Counted from the stretch's first letter, positions 49,973-60,443 are shown. The stretch is 64,000 nucleotides of DNA from Promethearchaeota archaeon (GCA_016840085.1 JAEOTA010000018.1:96001-160000); one strand, 5' to 3'. The notes: generated from the sequence alone by a model not told the origin. A program made the numbers and translations.

Positions 49973-51415
49973 TTAAAGAAGATAATTATTCTTATTATTT
50001 GTTATAGATTTTATTTTTTCCTCTAATAAATTTACATTATACTCATCATTTAATTCTAAATAATGAGTTCTTGCATTATCGAAATTTCTCAAGGCTAAAT
50101 CTTTCAAACCTCTATTTAGGTAAATATCACCCATTTTATGTAGAACTATAGCTGCCTCTTTAATATAGCCTTTATGCTCGTAAATATTTAATGCTTCGTC
50201 AAAATGATTTATCGCTTCTACATTATTTTCTATAAATTCTAAAAAAATTTTACCAACTTTAAATTTTAGTTCAGCTTTTTTATAATCATCTCCAAATTTA
50301 TGAAATATCTCACTTGACAGATTATAATATTCAATTGCCCTTTCAATTTCTCCTTTTGTCATATATAATTCTGCTAAATTTTCTAAAATCTCACCTTCAT
50401 TAATATTATCACCGATTTCAAATATACGAACAGCCTCAAGACTTTTAAGTAAAAAAGTTTCTGCTTTAGTCGAATTATTCCATAACATATCTAATTTTCC
50501 TAGATAAAAATAACATTCCCATTCCAGTTTAGATTTCAGGTAAATAGATATTTTTTCTTTTACTCTACTAATCAACTCTATAGCGTTATTTAAATGTTCA
50601 TATGCTAGATCATAATCTTCACCAATAAGATAATATAATTTCCCATACTTAATATCTGACTGAATTATACCATAATAATCATCATGTTCTTTGAAGAATT
50701 TGATATTTCTCGTTAAAATTCTTTTTATTCGTTCATAATCTTTTAGTAAATAAAGAACCTCTATTAGATTACTAGACGATTTTATTTCCTCATAAAGTAG
50801 ATTTTCTTGCTTAGATAATTTAATAGCTTCTTGGTAATATTCATAAGAATGCTCTAAATCTTTGATAACAAAATATACGTTTCCTAGATTATTCAAAATT
50901 TTATTCACTTTTTCAGTTTCATCGAGATCTTTAAGAATTTCAAGAGATCTATTAAAATGATATATTGCTTGATCGAAAAATCCAATATCTTCCTGAATCA
51001 GACCTATTTCATTATGACAGATTGCTATATTAAGCAGTTCATTTTCTTCTTTGAAATTTTTTAGTGCTAACTCAAGGTTCTTCATTGCATTAGTAAAATC
51101 TCTTTTTTTATAATAGAGACTTGATTTTTCTATCAATAATGCGCCAGGTATAGGTTCCCCTAATTCTTCTTTACTTGATAACTTATCATCAACTTCTTGT
51201 ATCATTCGGTCAATTTCCTTATCTTCTATAATAGAATTATCATAAAATTCTTCTTCTGCTTCTAATTCAATATAAGGAACGTCTGGTTTATCATAAGAAT
51301 CTTTTAAACTTCTGTGTAGTACATCTTGTAGATTTGATATTAAAGGTTTTTCACAAGATTTACAATAAAACCAATTATCTTCGACAGGTGAGTGACAATA
51401 TGGGCATTTTTTCAT
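49973..51415 (-). CDS. Zn-ribbon plus TPR repeat protein
   Basis: CPYC...CKSC at the N-terminus; repeated TPR helices (NNLGNVY...YYQEAI). Confidence 0.85.
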   Translation of the reverse strand: MKKCPYCHSPVEDNWFYCKSCEKPLISNLQDVLHRSLKDSYDKPDVPYIELEAEEEFYDNSIIEDKEIDRMIQEVDDKLSSKEELGEPIPGALLIEKSSLYYKKRDFTNAMKNLELALKNFKEENELLNIAICHNEIGLIQEDIGFFDQAIYHFNRSLEILKDLDETEKVNKILNNLGNVYFVIKDLEHSYEYYQEAIKLSKQENLLYEEIKSSSNLIEVLYLLKDYERIKRILTRNIKFFKEHDDYYGIIQSDIKYGKLYYLIGEDYDLAYEHLNNAIELISRVKEKISIYLKSKLEWECYFYLGKLDMLWNNSTKAETFLLKSLEAVRIFEIGDNINEGEILENLAELYMTKGEIERAIEYYNLSSEIFHKFGDDYKKAELKFKVGKIFLEFIENNVEAINHFDEALNIYEHKGYIKEAAIVLHKMGDIYLNRGLKDLALRNFDNARTHYLELNDEYNVNLLEEKIKSITNNKNNYLL

Positions 51416-51486
51416 AGACTGGAGAAAACCTAATTTATAATTTAAATTTCTGAATTAAAAATGGGAATATCTTTATTTATAATTAT

Positions 51487-52203
51487 TTAATTCAATCTTT
51501 TAATAATTTCAATTGATTCAGAAATCCTCTTAATTTTATAATCGGGTTTAATTTCTTCTGATTGTAGGTAGGAAGAATCATTAATCCATATCGCTTTCAT
51601 ATCACATTGTTTAGCTCCTTTAACATCTGTTTCTAAGATATCTCCAATATGGATTATATTAGAAGGTTTGCAATTAAATTTTTTTATCACAGTTTTAAAC
51701 AAAATTGAGCAAGGTTTATAGAACCCAATTTCATCAGAAAAAACCAATATTTGAAAAAAATTAAGAATATTATATTCTTTAAAGACTTTTTTTATAAAAC
51801 TACCTGGAGTAATTCCTGTATTAGAAATGAGACCAATTTTATAGTTGGAAGATAGTTCTTCTAATGTTTGTTTAACGCCTGTTTTTAAAGATGGTGGTTC
51901 TGTTAACATTACTCTTTCAAATTCATCTGTGATCAATCTTTTGTCTGAATTTGTTAATCTAACGTTCAAAATATTAAGAACCTCAGAAACTCGTTCTTCT
52001 GTATAAATATGGCGATAATTAATATCTTCCAAATTAATATTAGATAATTTTAATCCCATATTAAATGCACTTCTTACATCCTCAAAGGAACAAGATATTT
52101 TCCTCTCTTTTAAAAATTTAGTAAATATTTTTAATCGAATATCTGAATAAAATTTATTTTCAAATAAAGTATTCCATAAATCAAATGAAATTGCTTCTAT
52201 CAT
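51487..52203 (-). CDS. HAD-family hydrolase
   Basis: FDLWNTL, ISNT, KP, HIGD...DVKGA. Confidence 0.9.
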   Translation of the reverse strand: MIEAISFDLWNTLFENKFYSDIRLKIFTKFLKERKISCSFEDVRSAFNMGLKLSNINLEDINYRHIYTEERVSEVLNILNVRLTNSDKRLITDEFERVMLTEPPSLKTGVKQTLEELSSNYKIGLISNTGITPGSFIKKVFKEYNILNFFQILVFSDEIGFYKPCSILFKTVIKKFNCKPSNIIHIGDILETDVKGAKQCDMKAIWINDSSYLQSEEIKPDYKIKRISESIEIIKRLN

Positions 52204-52398
52204 TGCATTCTAAGTGAATACTATTGTATATTATATCTTAATTCAATGAATTTTTTAATATTGTTGGTTAAAGAGAATATTCTTCTTTAAATTGAACTTT
52301 TCAAGAAAATATGACACATATGTTATTTCAACAAAATAAATAAAAAAGACCAATTTTTTAGATCCTAATATAAAAAATATATTAATTTGTGAAAAGAA

Positions 52399-52551
52399 TT
52401 GGATAATAAACTGTTCAAAAAGACTTATCCTTACATTTGTAATGAATGTCATAATTTTACTCATACAGAATATCAGTATTGTGATAAGTGTGGTTCAGAA
52501 AACTCCCTAAGAAAAGCTGAAAAAGAAGATTATAAAAATTATCATAAATAA
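52399..52551 (+). CDS. Small Zn-ribbon protein (50 aa), not in ORF track
   Basis: TTG 52399 (GTGA upstream) to TAA 52551: MDNKLFKKTYPYICNECHNFTHTEYQYCDKCGSENSLRKAEKEDYKNYHK; CxxC-x10-CxxCG. Confidence 0.7.
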   Translation: MDNKLFKKTYPYICNECHNFTHTEYQYCDKCGSENSLRKAEKEDYKNYHK

Positions 52552-52732
52552 ACTATTAGAAATAACAGGGTTTATTAGAATTTTAATTCTATCTTAAAAA
52601 ACTGGACATAATTTGGAGTTTAAATAAGTAATATAAGAACTATAATAACTGGATAATTTTTTCTGTAAAATTTTATAATTTTTATAATATTGAGTTATTC
52701 ATATTTAAATTAAATTATAAAAATGCTCGAAA

Positions 52733-53515
52733 GTGAGTAAAAATATGAATGAACAAATAATGTACAAAACTGAAAAAGGAGTTTTTCACATTATTTTGAA
52801 CCGGCCAGAGAAAAGGAATGCACTTACAAAAATAATGTATACAGGAATTGCTAAGGGGATAGAAAAGGCTGAAAATAATCCAAAAATCAGAATTATCTTG
52901 ATTTACGGTAATGGAAAATGTTTTTGTGCAGGAAATGACCTAAAAGACTTTCAGGATCTGGATTGGGGATCTGGAACTAGACCCGGAAGAAGTTGGACAG
53001 AAGAGATTCTCAAAGCTAAGAAGCCAATAATAGCAGCTGTACATGGTTACGCTATTGGTGTTGGGGTAACTATGTTATTACAATTCGATTTAGTCTATGC
53101 GGGAAAAGGGTGCAGATTCCAGTTTCCATTTGTGAGTCTTGGTTTAGTACCCGAGTTTGGTTCTACGTTTCGGTTACCTCAATTAATAGGTTATCAACGC
53201 GCAGCAGAATTGTTTTTCTTTGGAGATTGGTTTACTGCTGAAGAAGCTGAAAAAATGGGGATAATAAATAAAATCTTCTCTGAAGAAAAATTGATTACTG
53301 AGGTAACCCTTTTAGCTGAAAATTTAGCTGAAAAACCTCCAGTAGCCTTACGAAAAACTAAAGAGTTAATTAAAAAACATTATATGGAATTATTACAAAA
53401 ATTAATGCCGGAAGAAGGAGCAGAATTCGTAAGAAGACAAAGATCTCCCGAAGCCCAGGAAGCATTTAGAGCTTTCTTTGAGCGTAGAAAACCAGAATTC
53501 TCAAAATTTTCATAA
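52733..53515 (+). CDS. Enoyl-CoA hydratase/isomerase (crotonase superfamily)
   Basis: LNRPEKRNAL, FCAGNDL, KPIIAAVHGYAIG, PFVSLGLVPE. Confidence 0.92.
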   Translation: MSKNMNEQIMYKTEKGVFHIILNRPEKRNALTKIMYTGIAKGIEKAENNPKIRIILIYGNGKCFCAGNDLKDFQDLDWGSGTRPGRSWTEEILKAKKPIIAAVHGYAIGVGVTMLLQFDLVYAGKGCRFQFPFVSLGLVPEFGSTFRLPQLIGYQRAAELFFFGDWFTAEEAEKMGIINKIFSEEKLITEVTLLAENLAEKPPVALRKTKELIKKHYMELLQKLMPEEGAEFVRRQRSPEAQEAFRAFFERRKPEFSKFS

Positions 53516-53520
53516 ATAAA

Positions 53521-54438
53521 CTACTTTCTGCTTTTCTCATACTTTTTTAATTCTTCTAAAATGTGTTTATCCTGTAAGCCAAGTGAATTTAGCAGCACGC
53601 ATAATTGAACTTTTGCATTTTCTGCTTTAATTTTATTTGCTAAATATAACGCTTTAATATATTGATCTTTTGCTTCTTTGATTTCCCCTAAATAAAACAG
53701 TGTTTCACCAACATAGCTTAATCCTCTAATGATTAATTCAGTAAAGTTTGCATCAATCGCTACGTTAGTCCCTTTCTTAAAGTATCTGAGAGCTCGCTCA
53801 AAATGATTGTTTTTCTTCTGAAGGATTCCTAAGTTAAAATAGGAAGTAATAATACCCTTACTATCGTTAATCTCTTTAAACGCTTTTAAAGATTTCTTGT
53901 ACAATTCAAAAACAATGTCCCATCTCTCCATTTTTTCATGAATGAGAATTAGATTTCCTAAGCAATCTAATAAATTATATATATCGTTGCTATCCGAACA
54001 TAGCGCACTGCAATTTAAGAAAGTGTCACAAGCTTCGTCTAATTTATTTAATTTGATATAATTATTTCCGATTCCTTTTAAACAAGTAATTTGTTCTTGG
54101 ACTTGTTTTAATTCTTCATAAATATTATACGCGTTTTCATAAGATTCAATAGATCTTTGATATTCACCCTCTTTAAAAAATAAAATGCTTAATACACCAT
54201 AAACTGCTGCTTGACCTAATCGATCTTTTTGTTTTTTAAAATGCTTTAGACAGATTATGTAATTTTTTTCTGAGTCTCTAAATTTCTCCAATTGTGATTG
54301 GATTAGAGCAATATCACTTAATTCTTTAATATAATTTGAATTTTTACCAAATTCTTCTAACTCTTTTAAGTTTTCCAACTTTTTATTTAATAATTGCTGT
54401 AATTCCTCTTTTTTAAATTCAGTTTCATTCTCTGTCAT
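53521..54438 (-). CDS. Tetratricopeptide repeat protein
   Basis: Repeated TPR-like helices (GIITSYFNLGILQ...ALRYFKK). Confidence 0.8.
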   Translation of the reverse strand: MTENETEFKKEELQQLLNKKLENLKELEEFGKNSNYIKELSDIALIQSQLEKFRDSEKNYIICLKHFKKQKDRLGQAAVYGVLSILFFKEGEYQRSIESYENAYNIYEELKQVQEQITCLKGIGNNYIKLNKLDEACDTFLNCSALCSDSNDIYNLLDCLGNLILIHEKMERWDIVFELYKKSLKAFKEINDSKGIITSYFNLGILQKKNNHFERALRYFKKGTNVAIDANFTELIIRGLSYVGETLFYLGEIKEAKDQYIKALYLANKIKAENAKVQLCVLLNSLGLQDKHILEELKKYEKSRK

Positions 54439-54478
54439 AAAAATTAAATATAAATTGTATTTCCTTTATTTAATCCCT

Positions 54479-54913
54479 CTATAATATTTCTTCTAAAATC
54501 TTTGCAGAATCTTTTACATATTGAAAGCACTTCTTTTCAAAAAAATCATTTCGATCGTAGTAGGCTTTTCCTTCAGGTGTATTAATATCACAACCAAGCA
54601 ATTCCTTACAGACTATTGAGTCATGAATTTCTTGAAATCGATTTGAAAATTCTCTTATAACCTGATACGTCTTTTCTCTCGCTTCTGTATCGTCATTTAT
54701 CCCCATACCATATCTTAAACCAATAACCATAAAAGCCCCAGACACTGCACCACATGTATTTTGCAAATGTCCCATTCCACCTCCAAATCCTGTAGCTAAT
54801 CTTAGAGCCGTATCTTTATCTAATCCATATTGAGCGGCATAAGAACTTAATATTGATTGAGCACAATTAAAATCTCCTCTAAAGGAAGAAATAGCTTTTT
54901 CTATTCCGGACAT
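54479..54913 (-). CDS. C-GCAxxG-C-C family putative redox protein
   Basis: NCAQS, GFGGGMG, TCGAVSGA, CKELLG, KKC. Confidence 0.88.
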   Translation of the reverse strand: MSGIEKAISSFRGDFNCAQSILSSYAAQYGLDKDTALRLATGFGGGMGHLQNTCGAVSGAFMVIGLRYGMGINDDTEAREKTYQVIREFSNRFQEIHDSIVCKELLGCDINTPEGKAYYDRNDFFEKKCFQYVKDSAKILEEIL

Positions 54914-55016
54914 TTTGAATAACTCCTTTTTTTTATGAATTTTGCATTTTAAAGGTGTAAGAAATATAAAATTTCATGTCTATTATATATCTAGTGATAC
55001 AATAAGCAAATAATCA

Positions 55017-56147
55017 ATGAACAAAGGTAATAGTATGAAATTAAAAGCGAAATTATTTGATAAATTAGATGATAAGAAAGTTAAATGTCATGTATGTGCT
55101 AATGAATGTAAAATCCTTCCCGATAAAGTTGGGATATGTAGAACAAGAAAGAATTTTGATGGAGAATTATACACGTTAATTTATGGTTCAATGATATCAT
55201 CTGGTAGTTTAGATCCCATTGAGAAGAAGCCACTTTATAATTTCTGGCCTGGTGCTACAGCATATTCGATTGCATCAATTGGATGTTCTTTTAAGTGCCA
55301 GAATTGCCAGAATTGGTCGATAAGTCAAGCTAATCCTACAGATAACGGAAAAAAAGGTTTTTACGATTTAGAAGAATATAAAGGAAGAGGTATGTCTTTA
55401 GTTGAAATGACTCCTCAGCAATTGGAAAAGAGAGTGGTAAAAAGTGGAGCAAAAACACTTGCTTATACCTATAATGAACCTTTAATATGGCATGAATGGA
55501 TTCTAGATACTGTTCCTCTTCTAAAAAAGCATGATATTAAAACTATTTTAGTAACAAATGGATATTCAACGCCAGAGGCTTCAAAAGAGTTGGTTGAAGT
55601 AGGAATTGATGCTGCTAATATTGATATTAAGGCAATGTCAGATGAGTTTTATAAAAGAATTTGTGGGGTTCCATCTGTTCAACCTGTTTTAGATACAGCT
55701 AAATATTTTAAATCCAATGGCATGCATATTGAAATTACTAATTTAATCATCCCTGATTTGAATGATAGTAAAGAAGATATTAAAAAATTATGTAGTTGGA
55801 TTGTAGATAATTTAGGAAATAACACTCCTACTCATTTTTCTGCATACCATCCTGATTTTAAAATGCCTTCTACTAAAAGAACTCCATATGAAACTTTAAA
55901 TATGGCATATAAAATTGCTAAAGATGCTGGGATTTATTTTCCTTATGTAGGAAATATTGCTCATGAGGAGGGAGGTAACACTTATTGTCCTAATTGCCAC
56001 TATTTATTATTTGAAAGAAGAGGATATAGCTTCAAAAAAATAGATATTACTCATGAGAAAAAATGTCCTAACTGTAATTATGAATTAGATAATGATATAA
56101 TTGGCGAAATAAATAAAAATTCTTCCCATCGATTTGCTTTCCTTTAA
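55017..56147 (+). CDS. AmmeMemoRadiSam-system radical SAM enzyme (PflA-like)
   Basis: CHVCANEC..GIC, DPIEKKPLY.F.PG, CSFKCQNCQNW.ISQ, AYTYNEP, C-terminal CPNC twice. Confidence 0.9.
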   Translation: MNKGNSMKLKAKLFDKLDDKKVKCHVCANECKILPDKVGICRTRKNFDGELYTLIYGSMISSGSLDPIEKKPLYNFWPGATAYSIASIGCSFKCQNCQNWSISQANPTDNGKKGFYDLEEYKGRGMSLVEMTPQQLEKRVVKSGAKTLAYTYNEPLIWHEWILDTVPLLKKHDIKTILVTNGYSTPEASKELVEVGIDAANIDIKAMSDEFYKRICGVPSVQPVLDTAKYFKSNGMHIEITNLIIPDLNDSKEDIKKLCSWIVDNLGNNTPTHFSAYHPDFKMPSTKRTPYETLNMAYKIAKDAGIYFPYVGNIAHEEGGNTYCPNCHYLLFERRGYSFKKIDITHEKKCPNCNYELDNDIIGEINKNSSHRFAFL

Positions 56148-56186
56148 AATTTTAAAGAAAAAAAATAAAACTTTATTTTATGATAA

Positions 56187-56849
56187 TTAGAATAGTCCTG
56201 TAATAGATATTCCAACTACTAAAAGTAAAAATCCTTGAATTAAACAGAGAACTGCAACAATAAAAGCAAAAGGAGGCCACGAGATTATTTTTGAAGCAGT
56301 CATTAATCCTCCAATATAGAATTTCACCAAGATTGCTACTACTGCAAAAACTATGATAAATAATATTATGAAAAACCATTTTGGATCAAAATGAATTGCA
56401 ATATGTTGGACAAGCACATCAGGAATTACTGAGGCTACTATTATTGCCACTGCGCTGGCAGCTAAAATTCCAACCACGCTAGCTATAGGTAAGTCATTTA
56501 AAGGTTTTAAAAATGTGAATACACCAATCACAATTAGAAAAATTGATGTAAAAATACTTCTACCATCTCCTATAAAAGCTACACTTGGTTTTACATCTAG
56601 AATTAAACCTCCTACACCAGAAAGAATACCAAAAATACCCACAATAAATCCTAAATAAGTTAATCCTTTCAAAAATTTAGTAACTTTAAGATCATAGTCT
56701 TCGGTTTTTCTTTTCTTGAAACCCCCTCTTCTTTTTGCTTCATATAATGCAAAGATAATCCAAATAACCCCAAGAACCAAAATAATAAAAGCAGCAAATT
56801 TAGCTAATGGTTCCAAAAAATTATCAGTAAAATCGAATTGAAAAATCAT
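56187..56849 (-). CDS. Hypothetical membrane protein (about 6 TMs)
   Basis: Hydrophobic segments with a basic loop; GGAG Shine-Dalgarno upstream. Confidence 0.7.
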   Translation of the reverse strand: MIFQFDFTDNFLEPLAKFAAFIILVLGVIWIIFALYEAKRRGGFKKRKTEDYDLKVTKFLKGLTYLGFIVGIFGILSGVGGLILDVKPSVAFIGDGRSIFTSIFLIVIGVFTFLKPLNDLPIASVVGILAASAVAIIVASVIPDVLVQHIAIHFDPKWFFIILFIIVFAVVAILVKFYIGGLMTASKIISWPPFAFIVAVLCLIQGFLLLVVGISITGLF

Positions 56850-56971
56850 ATGTTTTCACTCCTTAATTTAGAAATTATTATATTATTATGTTGAAGATTA
56901 TTTAATAAATATATTAAATTAATGAAGTCCAGTTTTTAATATTAACAAATACAGTATTAGAGAATTATATT

Positions 56972-58666
56972 TTATTTTATAAATGACACAGTCTTAGAAA
57001 CATAATCCAAATAATCTTGGATTTCATTTTTTATTTTATCTTCTCTCCAAGAATATTCTTTTGCTATAATGTCTGCTACATTTTTGGCAGCTTTAGAGGC
57101 TTTTTTATGACTTATCCAAAGAGACATTTCAGTTCTTCGACAAAACATATCAATTAAATGTGGAGTCATTTCATAACGTAAACAATAAATAATTTCTGCA
57201 TGAATAAAATTATTTTCATCTATAATTCTCTCTTTAAGGGTTTCATCTTCTTTTATAAGTTCAAGGATCTTTATTGCTCCCCTACCATATTGTTGATATA
57301 AATGGTCAGCAATATCTCCATCTAAGCTTATACCAGAATTTTTAAATAATGAAAGCCATTCTTCTTTTTCAAGTCCTATTACAAATTTTTGTCTTGAAAA
57401 ATGTTTTTCTCTTTTAATATTAGGAAATATATTCTTTTCGTCTATTTTATTAAATAAATCTTCAGCCATGGCTCTCCATTCTGTTAACTTACCACCTGAA
57501 ATGGTTAAGAGTCCATCATCAGAGAAAAAGATAGTATGAATTCGAGAAACATCACTCTCAGATTTACCTTTTTGCATTACTAATGGTCTGATTCCCGCAT
57601 AAGTAGAAAGAATATTATTATAACTTAATTCTGCATTTGGAAAGAAATATTTAGTAGATTTAATTAAATAATCCGCATCTTCCTTCGTGCAAAAAGGATT
57701 AGCTAAATCACCCTGATAATCAGTGTCAGTTGTTCCAATTATGGTATAATCTCTATCACGAGGTAAAACAAAAAAAATCCTTCGATCTATGATAGAGTAC
57801 AATGCATCAGCCATTCTGTTATTTATATGCTCTCGTTTATATTGTAAATGAACACCTTTTGTGGGTCGTATTAAAGGTCTGGGGATATCTTCAGGATATT
57901 GATCCAATAATTCATCTGTCCAAATTCCTGTTGCATTTACAACTAAAGTTCCGCTAATTTCAAAATGGTTATTATTTTCAAGATCTTTGCACTTGACACC
58001 TGTGATTTTACCATCATCTTTAACATACCCAATAACTTTACAATAATTAATAGCATCAGTACCTCTTATTACTGCTTCTTTCAATATTTCAATTGTTAGT
58101 CTAGCGTCATCAATATTCGTATCATAGTATACAGTACCTCCTAAATTCCCTTCTCTTAAAAATTCAGGTTCCATTTCGAAAATTTCTTCGGGAGAATGCC
58201 ATTTATATTTTTTAAAATTTTTGAATTCTGATTTATCATCACTTAAAAAGTCATAGATCTTAACTGCCGATATTAATTCTCTCTTTTTATACTTTCCTCC
58301 TTCAAAATAAGGTAGATAGAATGGAATAGGTCTAACTAAGTGAGGAATATGATGCCGCATCCAATTTCTTTCTCTAGTAGCTTCTCTAACTAAATCCATT
58401 TCTCCATAAGTTAGATATCTCAAGCCACCATGAGCCATTTTTGAACTTCGTGAAGAAGTACCTGAAGCAAAATCTTGCATATCAACAATAGCACCTTTTA
58501 GACCTCTCATAGCAGCTTCTCTTGCTATGCCTGCTCCTGTGATTCCCACTCCTATTACTATAATGTCATAATGAGATTTTTTTAATCTTTCAATTATATT
58601 ATTACGATTTTTATAGGTCCATGTTTGATCAAATAATTTTTCAACTAAATCAGCCATTGCAATCAA
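56972..58666 (-). CDS. FAD-dependent glycerol-3-phosphate dehydrogenase (GlpA/GlpD family)
   Basis: IGVGITG, DFASGTSSRSSKMAHGGLRYL, DDARL, NATGIW, KGVHL, GTTD, YAGIRPL, GGKLT.WR.MAE. Confidence 0.92.
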   Translation of the reverse strand: MIAMADLVEKLFDQTWTYKNRNNIIERLKKSHYDIIVIGVGITGAGIAREAAMRGLKGAIVDMQDFASGTSSRSSKMAHGGLRYLTYGEMDLVREATRERNWMRHHIPHLVRPIPFYLPYFEGGKYKKRELISAVKIYDFLSDDKSEFKNFKKYKWHSPEEIFEMEPEFLREGNLGGTVYYDTNIDDARLTIEILKEAVIRGTDAINYCKVIGYVKDDGKITGVKCKDLENNNHFEISGTLVVNATGIWTDELLDQYPEDIPRPLIRPTKGVHLQYKREHINNRMADALYSIIDRRIFFVLPRDRDYTIIGTTDTDYQGDLANPFCTKEDADYLIKSTKYFFPNAELSYNNILSTYAGIRPLVMQKGKSESDVSRIHTIFFSDDGLLTISGGKLTEWRAMAEDLFNKIDEKNIFPNIKREKHFSRQKFVIGLEKEEWLSLFKNSGISLDGDIADHLYQQYGRGAIKILELIKEDETLKERIIDENNFIHAEIIYCLRYEMTPHLIDMFCRRTEMSLWISHKKASKAAKNVADIIAKEYSWREDKIKNEIQDYLDYVSKTVSFIK

Positions 58667-58780
58667 ATTTTAAAGTGAATATTATGTAATTAAAGTTACT
58701 TAGAATGCATAACTAGTAAAAAATGAGAGAATTATACATCTCGACAATAATTCTTTTCATAAAGTAAAGAGATGTTATAT

Positions 58781-58854
58781 TTATAATAACGAAATTTGGC
58801 ACTTATAATAAAGTTTATAATAAAGTTCTTTTATAACAATAGAAGTTATAACAA
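58781..58854. repeat. Five copies of TTATAAYAA in the divergent G3PDH/cheY intergenic region
   Basis: Copies start at 58781, 58803, 58815, 58831 and 58846; 58803-58826 is a tandem TTATAATAAAGT x2. Confidence 0.4.
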
Positions 58855-58878
58855 CCATTTTTTTCTATCTATAGAAAG

Positions 58879-59262
58879 TTGATAAAACCTATGAAAGAAA
58901 AGGGAGTCCTTATTGTGGATGATGCTCGATTTGTAAGAAATAAGCTTAAACAGATTATTGAAAAACTTCCTTCTGTTAAAGTAGTCGGAGAAGCTTCAAA
59001 TGGGGAGGAAGCAGTATCTTTATATAAAGATTTAAAACCAGATTTAGTTACAATGGATTTAGTTATGCCGAACATAGATGGTATAAAAGCAATAGAAAAA
59101 ATAATGAATTTTGATGAAAAAGCTAATATTCTAGTTGTTTCAGCAATGGGACAAGAAGCTTCGGTCCTTGAAGCTACAGAAAAAGGCGCAAAAGATTTTA
59201 TTAAAAAACCTTTTAAAGGTGATCAAGTTTCTAAGGTAATAGAAAGATTATTAAGAAATTAA
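58879..59262 (+). CDS. cheY: Single-domain response regulator, CheY-like
   Basis: LIVDDA, DLVTMDLVMP..DG, VSAMGQ, GAKDFIKKPF. Confidence 0.8.
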   Translation: MIKPMKEKGVLIVDDARFVRNKLKQIIEKLPSVKVVGEASNGEEAVSLYKDLKPDLVTMDLVMPNIDGIKAIEKIMNFDEKANILVVSAMGQEASVLEATEKGAKDFIKKPFKGDQVSKVIERLLRN

Positions 59263-59349
59263 TTAATTATTTTAAAGAATTTTTTTCTAAACTTCTTAAA
59301 GATTAATGAAATTATAAGATTTTAGCATTTTTTCATTATTTTCAGGACA

Positions 59350-60327
59350 CTAAATCTCTAAAAGCTTCTTTAAAATTAAGGGCATTGAATAAACATCATA
59401 GTAATTATGTTCAATACATTCTTTTACTAATCCGATATATCTTTCAGGCTTTTTTAGATATTTTTTATAGCATAAAGGTACCATACTTCCAGGAAGCTCA
59501 TTTTCCCGTTTCAGATTTAATAATTGTTCTTCTATGTTTGTAAGTGTATACCTATTAATAATTCCTCTAATCCTTCGACGACAAATATGATAAAGATCAA
59601 TATGATGATATTTTGAGTTACTAATCATGTAAGGAATATCTCTTTCAGAAATCATAGGATTTTCATCAAAATAATAGAGAAATCGAGAAGAAAGAACGGG
59701 AATATCAAATGATTTGCCATTATATGACACAAAACATTTGAAATTGGGAAGAATCTTATTTTTAAAATGCTCACATATTGCAATTTCCTCTTCTAAATTT
59801 CGGGCAAAAAAAAGATGAACTTCATATTTCTGATTTTTAAAAAATCCAATCCCTAAAATTATTATAGTGTTATCATATATTCCTAGAGTTTCAATATCTA
59901 AAAATAGTAAATCTTCAACATGGAAGCAAAAACTTACATCTAAATCATCAATATATCTATTTTTCTTAAGAGCTCTAAAATCTTTTTTGTTTATTAAGTC
60001 TAATATGCGATTAGCACTAAGCCCAAACCTTAAATTTAAAAACTTTAAATCTTTAAGAGTTTTAATTCCTCGTCTTTTTAAACGATCCTCAACATATTCT
60101 CCAATGTCATGTACAATTTTAAGATTATAAAAGAGCTTTTTCTTTGTTATATACAGATTTAAATAACAAGGATAACTATCTTCCTGCCAAATTAATTCTA
60201 CAAATTCACCATAAGAGTTTTTGATAATTTGATGATTTTGAAATATTTCTTCGATTTTTTTACCTCGATATCGGTTTATTACTTCTGTAATATCAAAATC
60301 TTGAATGCCATAATAATTCATTGTCAA
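59350..60327 (-). CDS. YprB-like RNase H-fold exonuclease domain protein
   Basis: FLDIETLG, SYNGKSFDIP, HIDLYH, HNYYDV. Confidence 0.85.
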   Translation of the reverse strand: MTMNYYGIQDFDITEVINRYRGKKIEEIFQNHQIIKNSYGEFVELIWQEDSYPCYLNLYITKKKLFYNLKIVHDIGEYVEDRLKRRGIKTLKDLKFLNLRFGLSANRILDLINKKDFRALKKNRYIDDLDVSFCFHVEDLLFLDIETLGIYDNTIIILGIGFFKNQKYEVHLFFARNLEEEIAICEHFKNKILPNFKCFVSYNGKSFDIPVLSSRFLYYFDENPMISERDIPYMISNSKYHHIDLYHICRRRIRGIINRYTLTNIEEQLLNLKRENELPGSMVPLCYKKYLKKPERYIGLVKECIEHNYYDVYSMPLILKKLLEI

Positions 60328-60443
60328 TAATATTAGTTCAAAGTATTTAATAACCTATTCTCTTGAGATTTATAATAATACAAATGAGATTTTTAAAAGA
60401 AGTAGTAGAAAATATAATTTTTTAGTAGAGAAATATCAATCAA

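Noticed and set aside
58781-58854. CRISPR-like array or replication origin
   Set aside because: The repeats are only 9-12 bp with very short spacers; there are no ORB-like G-strings and no cas or cdc6 gene nearby.
1187-60130. Many short ORFs in the track antisense to or nested within long genes (e.g. 1187-1465, 5849-6223, 24719-25033, 38863-39213, 40231-40506, 52255-52464, 59867-60130)
   Set aside because: They are shadows of well-supported genes, with S/I/F-rich antisense composition and no motifs.
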